Below the pieces are notes generated by a model that ran no database searches, was not told where the DNA came from, and saw nothing but the letters and a program-made list of their open reading frames with translations. The position numbers and the translations under genes were made by a program. 13,605 nucleotides of DNA from a virus (Duplodnaviria; Heunggongvirae; Uroviricota; Caudoviricetes): positions 1 through 13,605 of the IMG/VR virus record IMGVR_UViG_2695420596_000001; one strand, 5' to 3'. Of this stretch, positions 4,889-13,605 are shown in pieces (positions within the stretch are counted from its first letter, which is position 1; every line of letters begins with the position of its first letter).

Positions 4889-6788
4889 TATGATGGCTGC
4901 CGTTTCGGTTGCGCTGCAGCCTCTGGTCAGGGTTGTACCAATGACGGCAGTTGAATGGGCTGATCAAAATTATTATCTGCCTAAAGAATCTTCATATGGT
5001 GAGGGAGAATGGAAAACGCTGCCATTCCAGATCGCCATTATGAACTGTATGGGTAACGACCAGGTTCGCACGGTTAACCTGATTAAATCTGCCCGTGTTG
5101 GCTATACAAAGATGTTGCTGGGGGTGGTCGGGTATTTTATTGAGCATAAATCCCGAAACAGTCTGCTTTTTCAGCCCACGGATTCTGCCGCTGAAGATTT
5201 TATGAAGTCTCACGTGGAGGCGACGATTCGGAACGTGCCATGCCTGAAAGACCTTTCCCCATGGCTGGGTCGTAAACATCGTGACAATACTCTCACGCTG
5301 AAACGCTTTTCATCGGGCGTCGGTTTCTGGTGCCTGGGCGGTGCAGCCGCCAAAAACTACCGTGAAAAATCCGTGGACGTGGTCTGCTATGACGAGCTTT
5401 CCTCGTTCGAGCCGGATGTCGAAAAAGAGGGCTCGCCAACCCTGCTGGGGGATAAGCGTATTGAGGGCTCTGTATGGCCAAAATCCATTCGCGGCTCGAC
5501 GCCTAAAATCAAAGGTACCTGCCAGATCGAAAAAGCGGCCAACGAGTCGGCGCATTTCATGCGTTTCTATGTGCCCTGCCCGCACTGTGGGGAGGCGCAG
5601 TATCTGAAATTTGGCGATGAATCCACGCCTTTTGGCCTTAAATGGGAGAAGGACAGCCCCGAAAGCGTTTTCTACCTCTGTGAACATCATGGCTGCGTGA
5701 TCCATCAGTCTGAGCTTGACCAGAGTAACGGGCGCTGGATCTGTGAAAACACGGGTATGTGGACCCGTGACGGCCTGATGTTTTTCAGCGCCCGGGGGGA
5801 TGAAATTCCGCCGCCGCGCTCCATCACGTTCCATATCTGGACGGCGTACAGTCCGTTCACCACCTGGATACAGATAGTCTATGACTGGCTGGATGCACTG
5901 AAAGATCCCAACGGCCTGAAAACCTTTGTGAACACCACGCTGGGCGAGACCTGGGAAGAGGCCGTGGGCGAAAAACTCGATCACCAGGTACTGATGGATA
6001 AGGTGGTGCGTTACACGGCGGCGGTGCCTGCCCGGGTGGTTTATCTGACGGCGGGCATTGACTCGCAGCGAAACCGTTTTGAGATGTATGTCTGGGGATG
6101 GGCACAGGGAGAGGAAGCCTTTCTGGTGGATAAAATCATCATTATGGGCCGTCCCGATGAGGAAGAGACGCTGTTACGTGTGGATGCGGCGATCAACAAA
6201 AAATACTGCCATGCAGACGGAACCGAAATGACCATTTCCCGTGTCTGCTGGGACACCGGGGGGATCGATGGTGAAATTGTCTATCAGAGGTCAAAAAAAC
6301 ACGGTGTTTTCCGGGTGCTGCCGGTAAAAGGCGCATCTGTCTATGGCAAGCCGGTGATCACCATGCCGAAAACCCGCAATCAGCGGGGCGTGTATCTGTG
6401 TGAAGTGGGGACGGACACCGCAAAAGAAATTCTCTATGCCCGTATGAAAGCCGATCCCACTCCTGCGGATGAAGCCACGTCGTATGCCATCCGTTTTCCT
6501 GATGATCCGGAGATTTTTTCGCAGACAGAGGCGCAGCAACTGGTCGCGGAAGAGCTTGTGGAGAAGTGGGAAAAAGGAAAGATGCGTCTGCTGTGGGATA
6601 ACAAAAAGCGGCGTAACGAAGCGCTGGACTGCCTGGTGTATGCCTACGCGGCATTACGTGTGTCCGTGCAACGCTGGCAGCTTGATCTGGCTGTACTGGC
6701 AAAATCCCGGGAAGAAGAGACGACCCGGCCAACCCTGAAAGAACTGGCAGCGAAGCTGTCCGGAGGAGTGAATGGTTACAGTCGCTGA
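4860..6788 (+). CDS. A: Terminase large subunit (gpA-like), about 642 aa from ATG 4860
   Basis: Strong collinearity with lambda gpA (AVEWADQNYYLPKES..., KSARVGYTKMLL..., GSVWPKSIRGSTPK..., TAYSPFTTW..., WDNKKRRNEALDC...). The ORF-track start at 4803 is an upstream in-frame alternative; MNISEQQ at 4860 matches the lambda A N-terminus MNISNSQ. Confidence 0.93.
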   Translation: MNISEQQLNNMMAAVSVALQPLVRVVPMTAVEWADQNYYLPKESSYGEGEWKTLPFQIAIMNCMGNDQVRTVNLIKSARVGYTKMLLGVVGYFIEHKSRNSLLFQPTDSAAEDFMKSHVEATIRNVPCLKDLSPWLGRKHRDNTLTLKRFSSGVGFWCLGGAAAKNYREKSVDVVCYDELSSFEPDVEKEGSPTLLGDKRIEGSVWPKSIRGSTPKIKGTCQIEKAANESAHFMRFYVPCPHCGEAQYLKFGDESTPFGLKWEKDSPESVFYLCEHHGCVIHQSELDQSNGRWICENTGMWTRDGLMFFSARGDEIPPPRSITFHIWTAYSPFTTWIQIVYDWLDALKDPNGLKTFVNTTLGETWEEAVGEKLDHQVLMDKVVRYTAAVPARVVYLTAGIDSQRNRFEMYVWGWAQGEEAFLVDKIIIMGRPDEEETLLRVDAAINKKYCHADGTEMTISRVCWDTGGIDGEIVYQRSKKHGVFRVLPVKGASVYGKPVITMPKTRNQRGVYLCEVGTDTAKEILYARMKADPTPADEATSYAIRFPDDPEIFSQTEAQQLVAEELVEKWEKGKMRLLWDNKKRRNEALDCLVYAYAALRVSVQRWQLDLAVLAKSREEETTRPTLKELAAKLSGGVNGYSR

Positions 6789-6978
6789 ACTACAGGCGCT
6801 ACGTCAGGCGCGCCTTGATTTATTAACCGGTAAACGGGTGGTGTCTGTCCAGAAAGATGGTCGCAGAATTGAATATACGGCGGCTTCTCTGGATGAGCTT
6901 AACCGGGCGATCAATGATGCGGAGTCGGTACTGGGGACAACCCGACGTCGCCGTCGTCCGCTGGGAGTGAGGTTATGA
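6772..6978 (+). CDS. W: Head-stabilisation / head-tail joining protein W-like, 68 aa
   Basis: LTGKRVVSVQKDGRRIEYTAASL...RRRRRP parallels lambda gpW ([23 protein letters not shown]...QRRRGP); same length; overlaps the terminase stop and the portal start (ATGA). Confidence 0.85.
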   Translation: MVTVAELQALRQARLDLLTGKRVVSVQKDGRRIEYTAASLDELNRAINDAESVLGTTRRRRRPLGVRL

Positions 6979-8672
6979 AACGAACGCCTGTCCTGATTGA
7001 TGTGAACGGCGTTCCGCTTCGTGAGAGTCTCAGCTACAACGGGGGCGGCGCAGGATTTGGCGGGCAAATGGCGGAGTGGTTGCCACCGGCGCAGAGTGCC
7101 GATGCAGCCCTGCTGCCTGCGTTGCGTCTGGGGAATGCCCGGGCAGATGATCTGGTGCGCAATAACGGGATAGCGGCCAATGCGGTGGCCCTGCATAAGG
7201 ATCATATTGTCGGGCATATGTTTCTGATCAGCTACCGTCCGAACTGGCGCTGGCTGGGGATGCGGGAGACTGCGGCAAAAAGTTTTGTCGATGAGGTGGA
7301 GGCGGCCTGGTCGGAATACGCCGAAGGGATGTCTGGCGAGATCGACGTGGAAGAGAAACGCACGTTTACGGAATTTATTCGTGAAGGTGTGGGCGTTCAT
7401 GCGTTTAACGGCGAAATCTTTGTGCAGCCGGTCTGGGATACGGAGAGCACGCAACTGTTTCGTACGCGTTTTAAAGCCGTGAGTCCGAAACGGGTGGACA
7501 CGCCAGGACACGGTATGGGGAACCGTTTTCTGCGGGCCGGGGTGGAGGTCGATCGATATGGCCGTGCCGTTGCGTACCATATCTGTGAGGATGATTTTCC
7601 GTTCTCTGGTAGTGGACGATGGGAACGGATCCCGCGTGAACTACCCACCGGGCGTCCGGCCATGCTGCATATTTTCGAGCCGGTGGAGGACGGGCAGACC
7701 CGTGGGGCTAATCAGTTTTACAGCGTCATGGAACGGCTGAAGATGCTGGATTCCCTGCAGGCAACACAGCTTCAGTCGGCCATTGTGAAAGCCATGTATG
7801 CAGCGACGATTGAAAGTGAACTTGATACCGAAAAGGCCTTTGAATATATCGCCGGTGCGCCGCAGGGGCAGAAGGATAATCCGCTTATTAATATTCTGGA
7901 TAAGTTCTCCACCTGGTATGACACGAATAACGTGACGCTGGGCGGTGTCAAAATTCCGCACCTTTTCCCCGGTGATGATCTGAAACTGCAGACTGCGCAG
8001 GATTCAGACAATGGATTTTCGGCGCTTGAACAGGCGCTGCTGCGGTATATCGCCGCCGGTCTTGGCGTTTCCTACGAACAGTTGTCCCGGGATTACTCGA
8101 AGGTCAGTTATTCAAGTGCCCGCGCCTCCGCCAATGAGTCGTGGCGCTATTTTATGGGACGACGAAAATTTATTGCGTCCCGGCTGGCCACGCAGATGTT
8201 TTCCTGCTGGCTGGAAGAGGCACTTCTTCGGGGGATTATTCGTCCGCCACGGGCGCGTTTTGATTTTTATCAGGCGCGATCAGCCTGGTCACGGGCTGAG
8301 TGGATTGGAGCCGGAAGAATGGCCATTGACGGGCTCAAGGAAGTCCAGGAATCAGTGATGCGCATTGAGGCCGGACTGAGCACGTATGAGAAAGAGCTGG
8401 CGCTGATGGGCGAGGATTATCAGGACATTTTCCGCCAGCAGGTCAGGGAATCTGCTGAGCGACAAAAAGCCGGACTCTCACGTCCGGTGTGGATAGCGCA
8501 GGCGTATGAGCAGCAGATAGCGGAGAGTCGCAGGCCGGTACCGGGGTTTCTCTTTAGCATGGCAGAAATGTGTTTCATGCTTTTCGGGCGAAGGATATCC
8601 GACTTCTGTACGGAATGGCAAGTGGCGGTTAATTTATTCAGGGGAAGGCTGTATGGGAAAAGGTGGCGGTAA
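6975..8672 (+). CDS. B: Portal protein (gpB-like), 565 aa, with a non-homologous C-terminal ~45 aa extension
   Basis: Collinear with lambda gpB across most of its length ([11 protein letters not shown]..., [13 protein letters not shown]..., [17 protein letters not shown]..., [13 protein letters not shown]..., STYEKE...). From roughly residue 520 the sequence (...[45 protein letters not shown]) has no counterpart in lambda B and runs into the J start. Confidence 0.85.
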   Translation: MKRTPVLIDVNGVPLRESLSYNGGGAGFGGQMAEWLPPAQSADAALLPALRLGNARADDLVRNNGIAANAVALHKDHIVGHMFLISYRPNWRWLGMRETAAKSFVDEVEAAWSEYAEGMSGEIDVEEKRTFTEFIREGVGVHAFNGEIFVQPVWDTESTQLFRTRFKAVSPKRVDTPGHGMGNRFLRAGVEVDRYGRAVAYHICEDDFPFSGSGRWERIPRELPTGRPAMLHIFEPVEDGQTRGANQFYSVMERLKMLDSLQATQLQSAIVKAMYAATIESELDTEKAFEYIAGAPQGQKDNPLINILDKFSTWYDTNNVTLGGVKIPHLFPGDDLKLQTAQDSDNGFSALEQALLRYIAAGLGVSYEQLSRDYSKVSYSSARASANESWRYFMGRRKFIASRLATQMFSCWLEEALLRGIIRPPRARFDFYQARSAWSRAEWIGAGRMAIDGLKEVQESVMRIEAGLSTYEKELALMGEDYQDIFRQQVRESAERQKAGLSRPVWIAQAYEQQIAESRRPVPGFLFSMAEMCFMLFGRRISDFCTEWQVAVNLFRGRLYGKRWR

Positions 8673-11600
8673 GGCACACACGCCTCGTGAGGCGAAGGAT
8701 AATCTCAAATCCACGCAGATGATGAGTGTGATTGATGCGATTGGTGAGGGACCGATAGAAGGTCCGGTGAAGGGACTGCAGAGTATTCTGGTGAACAAAA
8801 CCCCACTGACGGACACGGACGGCAATCCCGTGATACACGGTGTGACGGCGGTCTGGCGCGCCGGGGAGCAGGAGCAGACACCACCGGAAGGCTTTGAGTC
8901 CTCCGGAGCTGAAACCGGACTGGGCGTGGAAGTGACGAAGGCAAAACCGGTGACGCGCACCATTACGTCCGCGAACATTGACCGCCTGCGGGTTACCTTC
9001 GGGGTGCAGTCACTGGTGCAGACCACGTCAAAGGGCGACCGTAATCCTTCCTCTGTCCGGATTCTGATTCAGTTACAGCGTAATGGCCGCTGGGTGACGG
9101 AAAAGGACGTCACCATTAACGGCAAGACCACCTCACAGTTCCTGGCCTCGGTGATTCTGGATAATCTGCCTCCCCGGCCCTTTAACATCCGGATGGTCAG
9201 GGAGACGGCGGACAGCACCACGGACCAGCTGCAGAATAAGACGCTGTGGTCGTCATACACCGAAATCATCGATGTGAAACAGTGCTACCCGAACACGGCC
9301 ATTGTGGGGCTGCAGGTGGATGCGGAGCAGTTCGGCGGCCAGCAGATGACGGTGAACTACCATATCCGCGGTCGCATCATCCAGGTACCGTCAAACTATG
9401 ACCCGGAAAAACGCACGTACAGCGGCATCTGGGACGGCAGCCTGAAACCGGCATACAGCAACAACCCGGCCTGGTGCCTGTGGGACATGCTGACTCACCC
9501 GCGCTACGGCATGGGAAAACGTCTGGTGGCGGCGGATGTTGACAAGTGGGCGCTGTATGCCATCGGGCAGTACTGCGACCAGACGGTCCCGGATGGTTTC
9601 GGGGGCACAGAGCCGCGGATGACCTTTAATGCGTACCTGTCACAACAGCGTAAGGCGTGGGACGTTCTCAGTGATTTCTGCTCGGCGATGCGCTGTATGC
9701 CGGTATGGAACGGCCAGACGCTGACGTTCGTTCAGGACCGCCCGTCGGATGTGGTGTGGCCGTACACCAACTGCGATGTGGTGGTGGATGATAACGGCGT
9801 GGGGTTTCGCTACAGCTTCAGCGCCCTGAAGGACCGCCACACGGCGGTGGAGGTGAATTACACCGACCCGCAGAACGGCTGGCAGACCTCCACGGAACTG
9901 GTGGAAGACCCGGAAGCCATACTGCGCTACGGGCGCAACCTGCTGAAGATGGATGCGTTCGGCTGCACCAGTCGCGGTCAGGCCCACCGTGCCGGGCTGT
10001 GGGTGATAAAGACCGGACTGCTGGAAACGCAGACGGTGGATTTCACGCTCGGGTCACAGGGGCTGCGTCACACACCCGGTGACATTATTGAAATCTGTGA
10101 TAACGACTATGCCGGGACCATGACCGGCGGACGTGTCCTGTCCATCGATGCCGCCAGCCGCACCCTGACGCTGGACCGTGAGGTGACACTGCCGGAGACC
10201 GGTGCCGCCACGGTGAACCTGATTAACGGCAGCGGTAAGCCGGTGAGTGTGGACATCACCGCACACCCCGCGCCGGACCGGATACAGGTCAGCACCCTGC
10301 CTGATGGTGTGGAGACATACGGTGTATGGGGACTCTCCCTGCCGTCACTGCGCCGTCGCCTGTTCCGCTGTGTCTCCGTCCGGGAAAACACGGACGGCAC
10401 CTTTGCCATCACGGCGGTGCAGCACGTACCGGAAAAAGAAGCCATCGTGGATAACGGTGCCCGCTTTGAGCCGCAGTCAGGCACCCTGAACAGCGTCATC
10501 CCTCCGGCAGTGCAGCACCTGACGGTGGAGGTGAGCGCAGCTGACGGCCAGTATCTGGCGCAGGTGAAATGGGACACGCCGCGGGTGGTGAAGGGCGTGC
10601 GCTTCAGTCTGCGCCTGACCAGTGGTAAGGGAACGGATGCCAGACTGGTGACCACCGCCATCACTGCGGATACAGAGCATCGTTTCAGTGGTCTGCCGCT
10701 CGGGGAATACACCCTGACAGTCAGGGCAATTAACAGTTATGGCCAGCAGGGGGAACCGGCCACCACCACGTTCAGGATTAATGCACCTGCGGTACCCGCC
10801 ACGATTGAGCTGACACCGGGCTATTTTCAGATAACAGCGGTCCCGCGTCTTGCCGTTTATGACCCGACGGTACAGTTTGAGTTCTGGTTCTCGGAAAAGC
10901 GGATTGCGGATATCAGGCAGGTTGAAACCGCAGCCCGCTATCTTGGCTCGGCGCTGTACTGGATAGCTGCCAGTATCAATATCAAACCGGGCCATGATTA
11001 TTATTTTTATATCCGCAGTGTGAATACTGTTGGCAAATCGGCATTCGTGGAGGCTGTCGGTCGGGCGAGCGATGATGCGGAAGGTTACCTGGATTTTTTC
11101 AAAGGAGAAATCGGGAAAACACATCTGGCCCAGGAGCTGTGGACGCAGATTGATAACGGTCAGCTTGCGCCGGACCTGGCTGAAATCAGGACGTCCATTA
11201 CGAATGTCAGCAATGAAATCACGCAGACCGTCAATAAAAAACTGGAAAATCAGAGTGCGGCAATCCAGCAGATACAGAAAGTTCAGGTTGATACAAATAA
11301 TAACCTGAACAGCATGTGGGCCGTGAAACTGCAGCAGATGCAGGACGGACGCCTTTATATTGCGGGTATCGGTGCCGGTATTGAGAATACGCCAGCAGGA
11401 ATGCAGAGTCAGGTGCTGCTGGCGGCAGACAGGATTGCGATGATTAATCCTGCGAATGGCAACACAAAGCCGATGTTTGTTGGTCAGGGCGATCAGATAT
11501 TTATGAATGAAGTGTTCCTGAAATATCTGACGGCTCCCACCATTACCAGCGGCGGTAATCCTCCGGCATTTTCCCTGACACCGGACGGGCGGCTGACGGC

Positions 11601-12126
11601 GAAAAATGCCGATATCAGCGGTAACGTGAATGCGAACTCCGGGACGCTCAACAACGTCACGATTAACGAGAACTGTCGGGTTCTGGGAAAATTGTCCGCG
11701 AACCAGATTGAAGGCGATCTCGTTAAAACAGTGGGCAAAGCTTTCCCCCGGGATTCCCGTGCACCGGAGCGGTGGCCATCAGGAACCATTACCGTCAGGG
11801 TTTATGACGATCAGCCGTTTGACCGGCAGATTGTTATTCCGGCGGTGGCATTCAGCGGCGCTAAACATGAGAAAGAGCATACTGATATTTACTCCTCATG
11901 CCGTCTGATAGTGCGGAAAAACGGTGCTGAAATTTATAACCGTACCGCGCTGGATAATACGCTGATTTACAGTGGTGTTATTGATATGCCTGCCGGTCAC
12001 GGTCACATGACACTGGAGTTTTCGGTGTCAGCATGGCTGGTAAATAACTGGTATCCCACAGCAAGTATCAGCGATTTGCTGGTTGTGGTGATGAAGAAAG
12101 CCACTGCAGGCATCACGATTAGCTGA
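8653..12126 (+). CDS. J: Tail tip / host-specificity protein J, 1157 aa
   Basis: Collinear with lambda gpJ from the N-terminus ([22 protein letters not shown]...) through the FN3-like region and conserved block ([40 protein letters not shown]). It diverges in a central segment and in the C-terminal receptor-binding region. Confidence 0.95.
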   Translation: MGKGGGKAHTPREAKDNLKSTQMMSVIDAIGEGPIEGPVKGLQSILVNKTPLTDTDGNPVIHGVTAVWRAGEQEQTPPEGFESSGAETGLGVEVTKAKPVTRTITSANIDRLRVTFGVQSLVQTTSKGDRNPSSVRILIQLQRNGRWVTEKDVTINGKTTSQFLASVILDNLPPRPFNIRMVRETADSTTDQLQNKTLWSSYTEIIDVKQCYPNTAIVGLQVDAEQFGGQQMTVNYHIRGRIIQVPSNYDPEKRTYSGIWDGSLKPAYSNNPAWCLWDMLTHPRYGMGKRLVAADVDKWALYAIGQYCDQTVPDGFGGTEPRMTFNAYLSQQRKAWDVLSDFCSAMRCMPVWNGQTLTFVQDRPSDVVWPYTNCDVVVDDNGVGFRYSFSALKDRHTAVEVNYTDPQNGWQTSTELVEDPEAILRYGRNLLKMDAFGCTSRGQAHRAGLWVIKTGLLETQTVDFTLGSQGLRHTPGDIIEICDNDYAGTMTGGRVLSIDAASRTLTLDREVTLPETGAATVNLINGSGKPVSVDITAHPAPDRIQVSTLPDGVETYGVWGLSLPSLRRRLFRCVSVRENTDGTFAITAVQHVPEKEAIVDNGARFEPQSGTLNSVIPPAVQHLTVEVSAADGQYLAQVKWDTPRVVKGVRFSLRLTSGKGTDARLVTTAITADTEHRFSGLPLGEYTLTVRAINSYGQQGEPATTTFRINAPAVPATIELTPGYFQITAVPRLAVYDPTVQFEFWFSEKRIADIRQVETAARYLGSALYWIAASINIKPGHDYYFYIRSVNTVGKSAFVEAVGRASDDAEGYLDFFKGEIGKTHLAQELWTQIDNGQLAPDLAEIRTSITNVSNEITQTVNKKLENQSAAIQQIQKVQVDTNNNLNSMWAVKLQQMQDGRLYIAGIGAGIENTPAGMQSQVLLAADRIAMINPANGNTKPMFVGQGDQIFMNEVFLKYLTAPTITSGGNPPAFSLTPDGRLTAKNADISGNVNANSGTLNNVTINENCRVLGKLSANQIEGDLVKTVGKAFPRDSRAPERWPSGTITVRVYDDQPFDRQIVIPAVAFSGAKHEKEHTDIYSSCRLIVRKNGAEIYNRTALDNTLIYSGVIDMPAGHGHMTLEFSVSAWLVNNWYPTASISDLLVVVMKKATAGITIS

Positions 12127-12144
12127 ATTTTATAACCCAGATAC

Positions 12145-12172
12145 GGGCGCCAGAAATGGCGCCTTTTTTATT
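12145..12172 (+). terminator. Intrinsic terminator downstream of J
   Basis: GGCGCCA-GAAA-TGGCGCC stem-loop followed by TTTTTTATT. Confidence 0.55.
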
Positions 12173-12193
12173 GCAGAAAAGCGAGAGGTAATT

Positions 12194-12793
12194 ATGCGTA
12201 AATTATGTGCTGTTATTTTGTCCGCAGTAGTCTGGCAGGTCGCCGCTGCTACGCCAGCGAGTGCAGCAGAACATCAGTCCACGCTGAGCGCGGGGTATCT
12301 CCATGCCTCGACGAACGTTCCCGGTAGTGATGATCTGAACGGGATTAACGTGAAATACCGTTATGAGTTTACGGACGCGCTGGGGCTGATTACGTCCTTC
12401 AGTTATGCCAATGCTGAGGATGAGCAAAAAACGCGCTACAGCGATACCCGCTGGCATGAAGATTCCGTGCGTAACCGCTGGTTCAGCGTGATGGCGGGGC
12501 CGTCTGTACGCGTGAATGAATGGTTCAGCGCGTATGCGATGGTGGGTGTGGCTTACAGCCGTGTGTCGACTTTCTCCGGGGATTATCTCCGCGTAACTGA
12601 CAACAAGGGGAAAACGCACGATGTGCTGACCGGAAGTGATGACGGTCGCCACAGCAACACGTCTCTGGCGTGGGGGGCTGGCGTGCAGTTTAACCCGACC
12701 GAATCCGTGACCATTGACCTTGCTTATGAAGGTTCCGGTAGTGGCGACTGGCGAACGGATGCATTTATTGTTGGTATCGGATACCGTTTCTGA
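12194..12793 (+). CDS. lom: Lom-like outer membrane protein (Ail/Lom family beta-barrel), 199 aa
   Basis: Signal peptide (MRKLCAVILSAVVWQVAAATPASA) and C-terminal ...AYEGSGSGDWRTDAFIVGIGYRF matching lambda Lom; conserved GINVKYRYE motif; position immediately after J as in lambda. Confidence 0.9.
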   Translation: MRKLCAVILSAVVWQVAAATPASAAEHQSTLSAGYLHASTNVPGSDDLNGINVKYRYEFTDALGLITSFSYANAEDEQKTRYSDTRWHEDSVRNRWFSVMAGPSVRVNEWFSAYAMVGVAYSRVSTFSGDYLRVTDNKGKTHDVLTGSDDGRHSNTSLAWGAGVQFNPTESVTIDLAYEGSGSGDWRTDAFIVGIGYRF

Positions 12794-12896
12794 CAACAGA
12801 CGCCGATTTATCTTCTGTAAATATTGTTATGATACGCAGGTTCATCCACCTTATGGGGTGAACTGCGTTTGAGGAAACGTAAAGTTACACTGTCCT

Positions 12897-12932
12897 GAAG
12901 CCCGTGGCGTCACTGCTGCGGGCTTTTTTTTA
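12897..12932 (+). terminator. Intrinsic terminator downstream of lom
   Basis: AAGCCCG ... CGGGCTT stem followed by a T8 run. Confidence 0.5.
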
Positions 12933-12945
12933 TTGGTGGAAAAGT

Positions 12946-13605
12946 ATGACAGTAAAAATTTCTGGCGTGCTTAAAGACGGCACAGGAAAACCGGTAGAGA
13001 ACTGCACCATTCAACTGAAAGCCAGACGGACCAGCAGCACGGTGGTGGTGAACACGGTGGCCTCTGAAAATCCGGATGAAGCCGGTCGTTACAGCATGGA
13101 CGTTGAGTACGGTCAGTACAGCGTCATTCTGTTGGTGGAGGGCTTCCCGCCGTCACATGCCGGGACCATCACCGTTTATGAAGATTCTCAACCCGGTACG
13201 CTGAATGATTTTCTCGGTGCCATGTCGGAGGATGACGTCCGGCCGGAGGCACTGCGCCGTTTTGAACTGATGGTGGAAGAGGTGGCGCGTCACGCTGAGG
13301 AGGCGAAGAAGAATGCCGGAGAGGCGGAGACGTCAGCGAGGAATGCCGGCATATCAGCCAGTCAGGCAGAAGAGAGCGCTGCAAATGCTGACACTTCAGC
13401 AGGGGAGGCATCGGAGTCAGCCCGGCAGGCGGCAGAAAGTGCAGCCTCAGCAAAGCAGTCAGAGGATGCGTCCTCGTCCTCGGCTTCTGCGGCCGCTCAA
13501 AAAGCCAGTGAGTCATCACAAAGTGCAGCAGAAGCTGAATTGTCAAGAAAGACGGCAGAAAGTGCAGCCGGTAATGCAGCCAGGGATGCAACGACCGCAA
13601 CAGAA
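12946..13605 (+). CDS. stf: Side tail fibre protein Stf, N-terminal 220 codons (3'-truncated by the window edge)
   Basis: MTVKISGVLKDGTGKPVENCTIQLKARRTSSTVVVNTVASENPDEAGRYSMDVEYGQYSVILLVEGFPPSHAGTITVYEDSQPGTLNDFL... is near-identical in pattern to the lambda Stf N-terminus, followed by the Ala/Ser/Glu-rich repeat region. GGTGGA SD. The frame is open to the window end. Confidence 0.9.
   Translation, partial: MTVKISGVLKDGTGKPVENCTIQLKARRTSSTVVVNTVASENPDEAGRYSMDVEYGQYSVILLVEGFPPSHAGTITVYEDSQPGTLNDFLGAMSEDDVRPEALRRFELMVEEVARHAEEAKKNAGEAETSARNAGISASQAEESAANADTSAGEASESARQAAESAASAKQSEDASSSSASAAAQKASESSQSAAEAELSRKTAESAAGNAARDATTATE

Noticed and set aside
4992-7961. Numerous minus-strand and alternative-frame ORFs (up to 258 aa) inside the terminase, W and portal genes
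   Set aside because: All are antisense or overlapping frames within genes strongly supported by homology; long spurious ORFs are expected in GC-rich coding DNA.
8011-8358. 115 aa + strand ORF in an alternative frame inside the portal gene
   Set aside because: Out-of-frame overlap with the homology-supported portal frame; Pro/Arg/Gly-rich translation typical of a frame shadow.
8420-12126. Minus-strand and alternative-frame ORFs (up to 215 aa) inside and flanking J
   Set aside because: Shadows of the 1157 aa J frame, which is supported end to end by homology.
12203-12796. 197 aa minus-strand ORF exactly antisense to lom
   Set aside because: lom on the + strand has a signal peptide, RBS and family motifs; the antisense frame has none.
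13169-13600. 143 aa minus-strand ORF antisense to stf
   Set aside because: Artefact of the low-complexity Ala/Ser/Glu-rich repeat region of stf; Pro/Leu/His-rich translation.
1-13605. CRISPR arrays, IS elements, integrase or att sites
   Set aside because: No regularly spaced direct repeats, terminal inverted repeats with a transposase ORF, or recombinase-like ORFs anywhere in the window.

Overview
This window is the cos-spanning middle of a lambdoid (lambda/phage-21-like) prophage, read in prophage order on the + strand. It runs: 3' end of an unidentified gene; a short late leader (pR'-like promoter, tR'-like terminator); a lysis cassette (S21-type pinholin, SAR-type endolysin, Rz/Rz1 spanins); a small cargo region (PerC-like gene convergent with an Arc/Mnt-type RHH gene); cosQ-cosN-cosB; terminase small (Nu1) and large (A) subunits; W; portal B; then directly the tail-tip protein J, lom, and the 5' part of stf. 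The main anomalies are: (1) the portal gene's 3' end is fused to sequence just upstream of J, so the head genes C to E and tail genes FI to I expected between B and J are absent, making this a defective prophage as it stands; (2) an AT-rich ~690 bp insertion with an opposite-strand ORF separates holin from endolysin; (3) an intrinsic terminator and a 37-codon membrane-peptide ORF sit between R and Rz; (4) cosN and cosQ look lambda-type but cosB carries a different triple repeat. I found no tRNA, rRNA, CRISPR array or IS element. All family assignments are from reading the translations against remembered lambda/21 proteins; no database search was possible.
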